The notes under the pieces are model-generated. The model worked only from the letters and a program-made list of their open reading frames with translations, had not been told where the DNA came from and made no database searches. A stretch of 56,974 nt of DNA, from positions 1-56,974 of IMG/VR virus record IMGVR_UViG_3300044806_000037; one strand, written 5' to 3'. Position 1 is the first letter of the stretch. The number at the start of each line of letters is the position of its first letter. Source of the DNA: a virus. Lineage: Duplodnaviria > Caudoviricetes. A program made the position numbers and the translations under genes. This document shows, in pieces, positions 1 through 8,720 of this stretch.

Positions 1-127
1 ATTGGGCTTTCGATTTCTGCCCAGTGTCCGCTTGCGTTACATTTGATACATGCTTGGTTCTCTGGTAGTTCGTTGTAGGTGGTTGAACACCATACGCAAA
101 TGATAGTTTCGATACACTTGGTTCCGT
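1..127. repeat. 127-nt direct repeat identical to 56848-56974 (circular assembly overlap)
   Basis: Bases 1-127 (attgggcttt...gttccgt) recur exactly at the window end; 127 is a common assembler k-mer size. Confidence 0.95.
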
Positions 128-140
128 TTAGTTCACACAT
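1..140 (-). CDS. small Cys-rich (putative Zn-binding) protein, 56 aa, spanning the circular junction (140->1 then 56847->56817)
   Basis: Manual translation MCELNGTKCIETIICVWCSTTYNELPENQACIKCNASGHWAEIESPIGQLALSRKA*; two CxxC pairs; stop abuts the next ORF start at 56815. Confidence 0.65.
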   Translation of the reverse strand, partial: MCELNGTKCIETIICVWCSTTYNELPENQACIKCNASGHWAEIESP

Positions 141-171
141 GTTTTTATCTTTCTACTATTTTTTACAAGAG

Positions 172-202
172 GTAATCCCCCCTTGCGTCAAGGGGGGCTT
201 AC
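172..202 (-). terminator. GC-rich stem-loop after the DUF669 gene (possible terminator or processing hairpin)
   Basis: GTAATCCCCCCTTG-CGT-CAAGGGGGGCTTAC inverted repeat; no clear U-tract. Confidence 0.45.
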
Positions 203-213
203 ACTCATACGGG

Positions 214-714
214 TTAGAACGCTTGCTTTGCCTTAGCTGCCATTACTTCGGCCTGAGCAATGTCGAAGTGAGACGCCACTTCTTCAACAAACTTTTCTAC
301 TTCTGCCTTTTGGGTAGATAGTGCGAACGAGCCAATGTCGTTGGTGGTGTTGCCATTGCGTGGTGTCCATACGACAATGTTAGCGGCAACGAAAGCGCCA
401 ATCAATTCGGCAGGGTTTGCTGGAACATACATTCCGCCTAGGTGGTGTTCAGCGGCTTCTACAAGGCTCTTGGTCTTGTATGCTGAAGGGGCGCTAGCGT
501 CAAGAACGCATAGGGTGGTTACATAACGACCGCTCTGCTTTGGACCGTTGATACGGAACTGAACCCACAAACGCTGTTCACCAGTAGACTTTACATCTAC
601 GAAACGAGCGTCTGTGATAACGCCAGCGTAACGACCAACAGGGATAAGCGTGTATTCTCCGCCACCCGATACTGCGTTGAAGTCGAACGAAATTGCCTTG
701 TTTTGCTTTGACAT
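214..714 (-). CDS. DUF669-like phage ssDNA-binding protein (second copy)
   Basis: YTLIPVGRYAGVITDA..KSTGEQRLWVQFRI pattern parallels YDPIPKGTYATTIFTA..GKPQLKIQLRV of 16455-16940. Confidence 0.6.
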   Translation of the reverse strand: MSKQNKAISFDFNAVSGGGEYTLIPVGRYAGVITDARFVDVKSTGEQRLWVQFRINGPKQSGRYVTTLCVLDASAPSAYKTKSLVEAAEHHLGGMYVPANPAELIGAFVAANIVVWTPRNGNTTNDIGSFALSTQKAEVEKFVEEVASHFDIAQAEVMAAKAKQAF

Positions 715-888
715 GATGTTTTACCTTATCTATTTTATGTTTTACGCCTACACGGTGTGTGTCTGCGTTACCAACCACCAAAAGAATCGAGGGGGCCGGC
801 TTGTCGGTCCCCTCTAATCTTTCAACTAAAGGGGACCACGAACTAAAGTGGTGCGTGTAAGGGGGGTGCAGGGGGGAACGCCCTGCTT

Positions 889-1155
889 TTATCCCCTCAT
901 CTTTTCCACATACTCAACTAACACATCCCCATGGCAAGCCGCAGGCTTGCAAAAGCATCCTAATCTCATGCCTTCCAATTCACATAAAAGCACACTCAAC
1001 AATTCCACATTTATGCTCAACATCTTTTCATATTTTTCAATTACCTCTTCCCTACTACCATCCTTTCCTATCACAAAAGGATTACCCCACTTACTACCTC
1101 TACCAATATAAACATCATATTCATCTTTATATTTATTCACAACAACGCTTTTCAT
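889..1155 (-). CDS. DUF4326 family protein
   Basis: YDVYIGRGSKWGNPF...LGCFCKPAACHGDVL is the characteristic DUF4326 signature. Confidence 0.85.
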   Translation of the reverse strand: MKSVVVNKYKDEYDVYIGRGSKWGNPFVIGKDGSREEVIEKYEKMLSINVELLSVLLCELEGMRLGCFCKPAACHGDVLVEYVEKMRG

Positions 1156-1343
1156 TACTACCTTTCAGCAAGGACGAGATGCCCCAGCGTAGCGGGCATC
1201 ACGACCTGCCAACACCCACAAATAACCACAATATCCACACCACAGGTTTTATTGGTGCCACCAGGAAAACAACTAACTATCTATCTATACGCAGCATGAA
1301 CCACACAAAAATGTGCGCGGATTTTCCCTGCCCAAACAACAAT

Positions 1344-1390
1344 AAAAAAAGGGCAGACCCACACGCCACAATATGCGTGTAGATCTGCCC
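1344..1390 (-). terminator. intrinsic terminator
   Basis: GGGCAGA..ACACGC/GCGTGT..TCTGCCC hairpin followed by T7 on the minus strand, just after the stop at 1400. Confidence 0.65.
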
Positions 1391-1399
1391 AAACTTTTA

Positions 1400-1642
1400 C
1401 TACTTCTTGTTGAACTCTTCCTCAGCGTCCAACTCAGCCTCATACAGCTCACGCCATACATTGTCCAACTCATACAAACGCTGGTCCAACGCTGCAATTA
1501 CCTTCTTCTGCAAACGCTTCGGCCAACCAATGTCCTGCCCAAAGTCTGCAATAACGCGTTCATAAGCGTCAACAAGCTCCTGCAACGACTCCAACTGCAA
1601 CTCAGCGTTTGATTTCTCTTTGATTTTCTTTGAAACGCCCAT
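1400..1642 (-). CDS. hypothetical acidic helical protein
   Basis: ORF track 1400-1825; ATG at 1642 has an AAGGAGAG RBS. Confidence 0.6.
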   Translation of the reverse strand: MGVSKKIKEKSNAELQLESLQELVDAYERVIADFGQDIGWPKRLQKKVIAALDQRLYELDNVWRELYEAELDAEEEFNKK

Positions 1643-1849
1643 AAGGCTATCTCTCCTTGTTATAAAATCATGGCAAAGGCCATGTTTTTCGGATTTCACA
1701 CGGCACGATGCGCGCATGAAGGGTGTTTTGAGCCTTTTTACATCTTGCTCGGGATGTGTTGCTAGTTTTTTGCTAGGTGTGCTTGGAATTGCCAGTAGAG
1801 CATCATTTCTCCGCACACATCGCATGTGATGACTTCGTTGTTTGATTTG

Positions 1850-2908
1850 TCATCGCCAGTCATCTACACGACCCCATAGTTCGGTTTCTGAGGGTTCTTT
1901 TCGGCCTTGGCTGTGTTCTTCTAGCCATGCACCGTATTTGAAGTCCTCGTATTCGTCCATGAGTTGTTCGATGTCGCCAATCATGTCGCCGTTGCCGTCG
2001 TAGAATACTCCGCCTACTTCGCTGAAGCATGCTCTGAAGTCTGCGAATGTGTTGATTCCCCAGTTTGCCATGTCTTCGTGGTTTGGTGTGTATTCTGTGA
2101 TGCCTCCGCCTATGTCTAGGCCGGTGCCGTAGGATTCCCATGAACTGTTTGGGTTGCCTCCGGCTGTCATGTGACGGTATTTGTCGTAGTAGCTTGGTGT
2201 CCAACGTTCTTCGTATGCTGGGTCTAGTTCGACTACATTTTCAAAGTTGGTTACTACACCTTCGCTTACGGTGAACATTTTGCGTTCTCCGACTTCGTAT
2301 ACCCATTCGTAATCAATTTTGGCACGGTCTAATGCTGTGCATAGGATGTGTTCGGTTGATGCGAAGAAGAATGAGCCGTCTCTGCTTTGTGCGACCCATA
2401 CTGGTGAGTGGTTGATTCGTGCTACTGTGATTTGGTTTCGTAGGTCACTGTCTAACCATGCTACTGCAGCGTCGCCGTCGAGCATACTGAACTTGTCTAC
2501 ACCGTATTTTTGCAGGATTGCTGGGATTACTGATGTGTCTACTTCTGGTAGCTGGTATGGTAGTTCGCCTCGCACTTTGGTGTGGTTGTAGATTACACCG
2601 TTGTGCACGAGTGCGATGTTACCGTTTGGTGACATTACTGGGTGGTTGTTGGCGTTGACTGATGCACTGCCGTGTGTGGCTAGGCGAGTGTGCAGGATAG
2701 CATTTTTTGCGTTGCGTGGCATGTGCCACATGCTTAGTTTGGATCCTGCAATGTCTCGTTTGTAGACACCTGATGATTTTGCATTTTCCCATGCATAACC
2801 TGAGGCCATTGAGCCTCTGGCTTCCATTTCGGTTAGTAACGCATGCGCTACTTTGCGTGGGTTGATTTTGCTTTGTTTGGATAGGCTAAAGCCACCGATT
2901 CCGCACAT
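1850..2908 (-). CDS. class II glutamine amidotransferase (Ntn hydrolase)
   Basis: N-terminal MCGIGG (catalytic Cys2), RG..ASG, HTRLATHGS, NNHP, HNGVIYN and VDTS motifs; AAGGAG RBS before 2908. Confidence 0.9.
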   Translation of the reverse strand: MCGIGGFSLSKQSKINPRKVAHALLTEMEARGSMASGYAWENAKSSGVYKRDIAGSKLSMWHMPRNAKNAILHTRLATHGSASVNANNHPVMSPNGNIALVHNGVIYNHTKVRGELPYQLPEVDTSVIPAILQKYGVDKFSMLDGDAAVAWLDSDLRNQITVARINHSPVWVAQSRDGSFFFASTEHILCTALDRAKIDYEWVYEVGERKMFTVSEGVVTNFENVVELDPAYEERWTPSYYDKYRHMTAGGNPNSSWESYGTGLDIGGGITEYTPNHEDMANWGINTFADFRACFSEVGGVFYDGNGDMIGDIEQLMDEYEDFKYGAWLEEHSQGRKEPSETELWGRVDDWR

Positions 2909-3052
2909 ATTGTGTTTCTCCTTAGTTTGGTTGTGGGGGCCATTTCTGACCCCCACATTTTTTATTCAACAAAATAGTGGACCTAATGCGATTATTAGGA
3001 ACACTGTGAAACTGACGCACATTGCGATAGTTTCTTCTACTTTATTTCGTTT

Positions 3053-3352
3053 CTATTTCTTCTCCTTTGGAAGGTCTGGATTGTATCTCATGTATACTGT
3101 CCAGAGTTTTTTATCTGGGTGGGTCACAGACAGGTTGTTTCCGCCTGTCTGTGCTACCTCGATTTGAGCGAATCGTTCTGAGATTCGATACGCCCAGGCG
3201 TGTGAGTTTACTTTCACTGGATATTCTGCCCATGCGTTTGGGTTTGCATAGAGTTCTTCCATGAATTGTGTAACCTCGTAACGGACTTTGCGACCTGATT
3301 TGATTTTTAGTATCTCTTCAGTGTCTACCCATTTCATTTTGACTTTAGCCAT
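3053..3352 (-). CDS. hypothetical protein
   Basis: ORF packed between the amidoligase and amidotransferase genes. Confidence 0.65.
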   Translation of the reverse strand: MAKVKMKWVDTEEILKIKSGRKVRYEVTQFMEELYANPNAWAEYPVKVNSHAWAYRISERFAQIEVAQTGGNNLSVTHPDKKLWTVYMRYNPDLPKEKK

Positions 3353-3356
3353 TTGA

Positions 3357-4859
3357 CTAAGCAACCTGGAAGGTGCGTGTTACTTGACGGTAACGCGAAC
3401 CGTATGGGTCTTCAACTTTTGCTGTTTCTTCGCTGAAGGTGAATCCGTATTTTGCGTAAATTTCGACGAAATCGGTGATGTTCTTTACTGCAAAGAAGTC
3501 AGTGATTTGTGCGCCGTTCTTTACGGTTTGGATGAGTCCACGAGCCATCCACGCCATGAAGGTGATTCGGTCGAAGCTGAAGTTACAGTCCATTTGACGG
3601 AACTCTAAAGTGCCTCGCTCGTTTGCTGCGTGGTGTGTGTTGATGGCTGTGAATTTGCCAACGTGATACAGAGTGTCAGTGCGTAGTGTTGCACTGATTG
3701 ATTCTGCTGGAATGTGGTTTGCGTAGGTTCTGCAACGACCATCGTCGTCGTTTACATTACGGCCACAGATTACATCCCAGATACGCTGTGTGATTGCGTA
3801 ACCTGCTAGAACGATACCAATCTGTTTTGCAGTCAAGTCTTTTGCAAAGACGTGAATGTGTGTTCCAGCGGTTTCGTTCTTTTCTGTGTCCTTGATTTGG
3901 TCAAGGAGCATACGAAGTCCTGGGTGCAGTGCACGGGTGATGCCACCGGTGGTGCGGAATTCGTAGGATACAATGTTGTTGCAGTCACTGTCGTTGCAGT
4001 GTTCTGGGTCGTCATTGTAGTCGTTGCAGTTGCCACAGTCGCATGAGTGGTAGGTGCATGAACGACAGTCGCATTCGCAACCGTCTGTGTCGGTTTCGTA
4101 TGATTCTACTGAACCGTCTGATCCTGCTTCTACACCCATTGGTGTGCGAACACCTGAGCCTGGGTTTGGTGCTTCAATTTCCCATCCCCATGTTCTGGAT
4201 ACAATGTGGTTACCAATTTGTGTTTGGTATTTTTGTATCTCGTCTTCGATTGCCATCCATTGTGCTGGCTCTAGTTCTTGAGCTTGACGATCTGCAATCT
4301 TTTTGCTTAGGCCTTCAGTGGATTGGTTTTGACCGTTGATTCGCTGGTTACGCTCGTAGTGTGCGAAGTAGTCTGCGAATGTGCGGTTGTAACTTGACAG
4401 TCCGTATGCTAGGAATTCTACACCGAATGTCATGTCTTCCATTACAATTTCTAGCATTTTCTGCAACTGTGCTGAGTCTGCAAGATTGATACGGATGTAG
4501 TTGCCATCACTGTATGTTTCAATGCCTGCTTCGTTGAGTAGGTTGCTTAGTTCGTAACGGAACTGCATCCATAGGATTGCGTCGTTGCGATACTTTTTTA
4601 GCATTTCGTATGTTGTTTCTAGCAGGTAAATGTCCCCGTTGTCTGGGTCGCTTACTAAGCCTTTGAATGTGATACGACTTACACCACCGTAGTATGCGAT
4701 ACCTACACCGTTGATGTTGTTTGAGTCAATGAATGAGTTTAGTTCATTGATTGATTCAACGCTTATCTGTGATGCGGTTTCGGTGAATGTTCCGTGTGTT
4801 GCTGCTACTTCGTGTAGCTTTTTTGCGACTTCGATGAAGTCTCGGTTGAGATTTCTCAT
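3357..4859 (-). CDS. putative amidoligase (COOH-NH2 ligase, Amidoligase_2-like)
   Basis: TWGWEIE, DGSV, YEFRT, TAGTHIHV, KFTAIN and TLEFRQ motifs; adjacent class II amidotransferase. Confidence 0.8.
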   Translation of the reverse strand: MRNLNRDFIEVAKKLHEVAATHGTFTETASQISVESINELNSFIDSNNINGVGIAYYGGVSRITFKGLVSDPDNGDIYLLETTYEMLKKYRNDAILWMQFRYELSNLLNEAGIETYSDGNYIRINLADSAQLQKMLEIVMEDMTFGVEFLAYGLSSYNRTFADYFAHYERNQRINGQNQSTEGLSKKIADRQAQELEPAQWMAIEDEIQKYQTQIGNHIVSRTWGWEIEAPNPGSGVRTPMGVEAGSDGSVESYETDTDGCECDCRSCTYHSCDCGNCNDYNDDPEHCNDSDCNNIVSYEFRTTGGITRALHPGLRMLLDQIKDTEKNETAGTHIHVFAKDLTAKQIGIVLAGYAITQRIWDVICGRNVNDDDGRCRTYANHIPAESISATLRTDTLYHVGKFTAINTHHAANERGTLEFRQMDCNFSFDRITFMAWMARGLIQTVKNGAQITDFFAVKNITDFVEIYAKYGFTFSEETAKVEDPYGSRYRQVTRTFQVA

Positions 4860-4877
4860 TTTTCCTTTTTTCCTTGG

Positions 4878-5195
4878 TTATACCTGAAAAGTTAGTTCTT
4901 CAGGTAGGTTTGAGTGGAACCAGCCCATGTATATGATTCTGGCGTAATCGATTAGTCCTTCTTGTTTGAATTCTTCCCAGTCTTGCCCGTGTAGTGGGAT
5001 TAGGTTTACTAACTGGTAGAAGGATTCTTCTCGTTTTGTGATACCGTTTGTTACCCATATGTCACATTGGTTCAACGATTTGTTGAATGTGAACAGATAG
5101 TTTGGTATTACATCTACTTCTACGATTTCACTGTCGCCTTCGTCGATTCCGCGAAGTTTGTCAGTGATTTCTTCGTAACTGTGTAGTTTGCGCAT
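4878..5195 (-). CDS. hypothetical protein
   Basis: 105-aa ORF in a tightly packed operon. Confidence 0.65.
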   Translation of the reverse strand: MRKLHSYEEITDKLRGIDEGDSEIVEVDVIPNYLFTFNKSLNQCDIWVTNGITKREESFYQLVNLIPLHGQDWEEFKQEGLIDYARIIYMGWFHSNLPEELTFQV

Positions 5196-5201
5196 TGTCT
5201 A

Positions 5202-5579
5202 TTACCTTTTTAGTGATAGTGGTGAATAGTCTGGGAATACGAAACTTCTAGTTTGGTGGTAGAAGTGACCTGCATCAAGTAGTGCTTGGTTGAATCCGCT
5301 TTCTAGTTCTAGGTCTAGGTATTCGGTTTCAACTTCTTGATACTGGTTGTAGCGTGTTGGGTATTCCATGATTAGTTTGCCGTTTTCGTCGGTTTTGTTT
5401 GCTAACCATGAGTATCCGATGAACTTGTGGCATGGTGTCCATAGTTCGTCTACATAGTCTCTGATGTATCCGAAGTCTGCGTCGTTTTCTTTGAGAACTA
5501 GCTCGTATCTTGCTTCGGATGTTACAGGGTCTATTTTGTAAATTACTTTGAATAATTTACGCGAATCTCTTAGATTCAT
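5202..5579 (-). CDS. hypothetical protein (first gene of the leftward operon)
   Basis: 125-aa ORF with AGGAGA RBS. Confidence 0.7.
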   Translation of the reverse strand: MNLRDSRKLFKVIYKIDPVTSEARYELVLKENDADFGYIRDYVDELWTPCHKFIGYSWLANKTDENGKLIMEYPTRYNQYQEVETEYLDLELESGFNQALLDAGHFYHQTRSFVFPDYSPLSLKR

Positions 5580-6320
5580 TTTTTCTCCTATGTTTAGTTG
5601 TTTGTTTTTATCGAGCCGTTGGGAGGCGAGCTCGTAGAGTCGCCTACCAAAGGCGTAACTACAGTTTTTGTTTTTTCTGTTGTTTCTGTTGTTTCTTTAT
5701 TAGCCAAGGCGGACCCCGGCCTTTAGGGGTCGACTTGGGCCTGGCTGTATTTGCTGAATACTGTATGTTTAATGCTGAATGCTGAATTCTAAATGCTGAT
5801 TGCTAATGTCACATTCTAAATTTTGTGATCTGTAGTGATGCTAAATGCTGCAGTATTATTTGTTGCTTTACACAGGTGCTTTTTTTGAAAAATATGCGGG
5901 GTTTTAGACGCAGGGCGGTGGTTTGAAAATTCTGCGCGGTTTTCATATTTAATTCCTAAAGTTTTGGTTTGGGTCTCTATCTGTATTATTTATATATATA
6001 TTATTATATATAATAATTAGATAGACTGGGAGATTTTCATTTTGTCCCTTTTCTCGATTGAATATGGTAAATTATACTCTTTTTCTCATTGTTTTTATCA
6101 TATTCAATTCCAATATCTAAACGCTACATCCGTAAACACTATTTATTTTCACTAATGAAATAGTATTTTTTTGAAGGAATAAAATAGTGTTTCTGGAAAT
6201 AGTGTGGGGTAGTGGTGGTTGAATATGGTAAAACTTATCATAAATAATTCTTTGACTATTTTGCGTTTTTTGCTTGACAAGCCTCTAAAAAGGACTAAAC
6301 TGGACTTATAACCAATCGAT
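5580..6320. promoter_or_regulatory. AT-rich divergent intergenic control region
   Basis: About 740 nt with no ORF between divergent operons; hairpins, an alternating-AT tract near 5990-6018 and repeated motifs. Confidence 0.7.
6274..6301 (+). promoter_or_regulatory. sigma70/SigA-type promoter
   Basis: TTGACA-16-TAAACT upstream of the first rightward gene. Confidence 0.7.
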
Positions 6321-6334
6321 CAAAGGAGGCCCAA

Positions 6335-6520
6335 ATGGCTAATGAAAGAGTTTACGATTATGCATTCGACCACGAAATTGCCGGTAGTTTGACAATTTCC
6401 ATTGTTGGCAAAGAAAGTTGGAACCACGAAATGTTTGACAGCGTGGCCTATGACACATTGGAAGAGTTGGTAAAAGTGCCAGGCGATTGGAGCATGAATG
6501 ATTGTTGGGAAACAACTTGA
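6335..6520 (+). CDS. small acidic hypothetical protein
   Basis: AAGGAGG RBS; 61 aa. Confidence 0.7.
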   Translation: MANERVYDYAFDHEIAGSLTISIVGKESWNHEMFDSVAYDTLEELVKVPGDWSMNDCWETT

Positions 6521-6544
6521 CAAACATTCAAAAACCACTAAACT
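6517..6544 (+). promoter_or_regulatory. sigma70/SigA-type promoter
   Basis: TTGACA-16-TAAACT, same layout as the 6274 promoter. Confidence 0.7.
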
Positions 6545-6574
6545 AGATATATGACAACAACACAAGGAGAGATA

Positions 6575-6769
6575 ATGACTAAAAAATATGTAGCATGGGC
6601 TAGCATGACTGAAACTATCAAATACTATTTTGAGGCTCCATCAAAAGAGGAGGCCGACATTCTAGTTGCCAGAGTAAACGCTGGTTACATTGACCTTGAA
6701 GATTTGCACAAGGGTAACTTCTCCAGCAAGGGTTATGAAGTTTTGAGTGAATACCCGGAGGAGGCCTAA
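6575..6769 (+). CDS. small protein, DpnD/PcfM-like (EAxSxEEA) domain
   Basis: KYVAWASMTETIKYYFEAPSKEEADILV; AAGGAG RBS. Confidence 0.55.
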   Translation: MTKKYVAWASMTETIKYYFEAPSKEEADILVARVNAGYIDLEDLHKGNFSSKGYEVLSEYPEEA

Positions 6770-6773
6770 GACC

Positions 6774-7016
6774 ATGGAATATTTGATGGACACTAAGCAG
6801 TGGATTAGCGGCGACAATTACACAGTCATTGCTAGGCGAGACCTTGAGACCAGACCAGTGTTTATTGTGTGTGAGATTAGCGTTACCACTATTGGTGATA
6901 TTACTGTTCATGGCACATTCAGCACCTTTGATGATGCGTTGGCTCGTCAAGTAAGAGTTCATAAAGAAGAAGATGATTACATTCGTTCTTTCAACACAGT
7001 AGAGGAGTTGGTATAA
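6774..7016 (+). CDS. hypothetical protein
   Basis: GGAGG RBS before ATG 6774. Confidence 0.6.
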   Translation: MEYLMDTKQWISGDNYTVIARRDLETRPVFIVCEISVTTIGDITVHGTFSTFDDALARQVRVHKEEDDYIRSFNTVEELV

Positions 7017-7214
7017 ATGCCAAAATACATTTTAGAAACAGTAGAAACAATAAACGGCTATTACGAGATTGAGGCCGCAACAATTGAAGAGGCTAGAGAG
7101 ATTGCTTTGAGCGACGACTTTACCGAAACTTATAATATTGAGTGGGTTGACGGCTATACTGAATGGGACGAAGATTATATTTACGAATTCAAGGAGGCAC
7201 AAAAGAATGGCTAA
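7017..7214 (+). CDS. small protein, DpnD/PcfM-like domain
   Basis: MPKYILETVETINGYYEIEAATIEEAREIAL. Confidence 0.6.
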   Translation: MPKYILETVETINGYYEIEAATIEEAREIALSDDFTETYNIEWVDGYTEWDEDYIYEFKEAQKNG

Positions 7215-7425
7215 AGTGGTAGCGTTTTACACGCCAGAAGATAGTGTTTTGGTTCAAGCGTTTGGCACTCTAAAGAGTGCGAACACTTGGCCAGACCGCA
7301 ACAACTTCTACCGGGTTGAGTATGAATACTTGACCCTTGATCAAATCAAAACACTAAGTTACACCCAGGCCACTTTCTTTGAAGTGGTTATGAAAGCGAG
7401 GAAAGATATTTATGACAACTTATAG
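7207..7425 (+). CDS. hypothetical protein
   Basis: AAGGAGG RBS; overlaps neighbouring genes. Confidence 0.6.
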   Translation: MAKVVAFYTPEDSVLVQAFGTLKSANTWPDRNNFYRVEYEYLTLDQIKTLSYTQATFFEVVMKARKDIYDNL

Positions 7426-7669
7426 AGTGATTGTTGCAAGCGAAGACCAGATGGTTTACACCAGCCCATTACTGAATGGCTTTGAGGCTGCTAGGGAAAT
7501 GTTGGTTACTCAGTTGTTGGATACGGCTGAGAACGATTGGGCTGTTCAGGCTGAAGAGATTGATGCTGTTGTTTCTAAGGCTGAAGTGTTGACTTTGGAA
7601 GAGGCTACAGTCCCAGTTTTCTTAGGAAATTATGTTCACATAATTCTTGAAGAAAAACTTGACAACTAA
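7412..7669 (+). CDS. hypothetical protein
   Basis: 85-aa ORF in an operon. Confidence 0.65.
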   Translation: MTTYRVIVASEDQMVYTSPLLNGFEAAREMLVTQLLDTAENDWAVQAEEIDAVVSKAEVLTLEEATVPVFLGNYVHIILEEKLDN

Positions 7670-7687
7670 TTCCAAAACCTATAAACT
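7659..7687 (+). promoter_or_regulatory. sigma70/SigA-type promoter
   Basis: TTGACA-17-TAAACT. Confidence 0.7.
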
Positions 7688-7723
7688 GAATTTATAAACA
7701 AAAACCGAACAAAGGAGAACCGA

Positions 7724-8095
7724 ATGAAAAGTTACTTACTACCATTTACTACTACCACTACTGGCACTTGGGAAATCCACGCTGAGAGCCTTGAGGATGT
7801 GAAGAAGATTATTGGCATGGGTTGGCCTTATGAGCATGCCCAGTATGAAGAAGTTGTTGATGTGAACACTGTGTGGGACATTGATGCTGTTGTCGTAAAA
7901 GAGGAGCAGCCTGACCTTGTGTTTAGAGATTACATCATTGAGGCTAGTCAACGCCGGTATTTGTCTGTGACTGTTCAGGCTGTGTCTTATGAAGAGGCTG
8001 AACTGATTGCTGAAGAACTACTGACTGAGGATTTCAAACTTGACAGCACCGACTTTAGTATCGATAACATTTACAGCAAGATTGAGGAGGACTAA
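7724..8095 (+). CDS. protein with two tandem DpnD/PcfM-like domains
   Basis: WEIHAESLEDVKKII and VTVQAVSYEEAELIAEE repeats. Confidence 0.55.
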   Translation: MKSYLLPFTTTTTGTWEIHAESLEDVKKIIGMGWPYEHAQYEEVVDVNTVWDIDAVVVKEEQPDLVFRDYIIEASQRRYLSVTVQAVSYEEAELIAEELLTEDFKLDSTDFSIDNIYSKIEED

Positions 8096-8201
8096 TACAT
8101 GGCAAAAATGGCTAGTTTACAGGAAGAAAGCATGACATTACCAGATTGGTATATTGCAAAACTTGAAGAGGCATATAACATTACACAAGGAGAAGATAAC
8201 A

Positions 8202-8447
8202 ATGAGTAAAGTAAACACAGTAGAGTATTTCATGGAAATCTTGGAGAAGATGGATAAGGATGCCGAAGTGGCTATTCCGTTCATTTGGACTAAGGCAGAT
8301 TTGGAAGACCTTTATGGTCAACCAGTCAGCGACTTCGATTGGTCTGGCATCATTGAGGCTTACAACACCAACGACTTCTTCTGTGAGGTATCGATCAATA
8401 CGCTAGTAGATTATGCGGCACATGAATTGGGTGGTTACCCTGAGTAA
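8202..8447 (+). CDS. hypothetical acidic protein
   Basis: AAGGAG RBS before ATG 8202. Confidence 0.65.
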   Translation: MSKVNTVEYFMEILEKMDKDAEVAIPFIWTKADLEDLYGQPVSDFDWSGIIEAYNTNDFFCEVSINTLVDYAAHELGGYPE

Positions 8448-8679
8448 GCCAACATTGGTAGAACACTTTGTCGTTACTTACAACCATTACACAGGCTTTT
8501 GGGGCATTGACCTCGGCCAGTTGGGTGAATTTACCGGCTCTGGTGATGTTTACGATTTTGAAACCTGTGAATGGTCTTACATCAACGACACACCGCTTGA
8601 CCCTGCTGATGCTAAAAAGCGTGTAGGCTTTTTGATGGATGCAATTGCGGTCATGAACGACTTGACAGACCCAGAATAA
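8413..8679 (+). CDS. hypothetical protein (start uncertain)
   Basis: 88-aa ORF on the operon strand. Confidence 0.55.
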   Translation: MRHMNWVVTLSKPTLVEHFVVTYNHYTGFWGIDLGQLGEFTGSGDVYDFETCEWSYINDTPLDPADAKKRVGFLMDAIAVMNDLTDPE

Positions 8680-8690
8680 TCTGGTAGTTT
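8662..8690 (+). promoter_or_regulatory. sigma70/SigA-type promoter
   Basis: TTGACA-17-TAGTTT upstream of the SSB-like gene. Confidence 0.55.
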
Positions 8691-8720
8691 AGATTTATCA
8701 ACGAAACAAAGGAGAGATAT

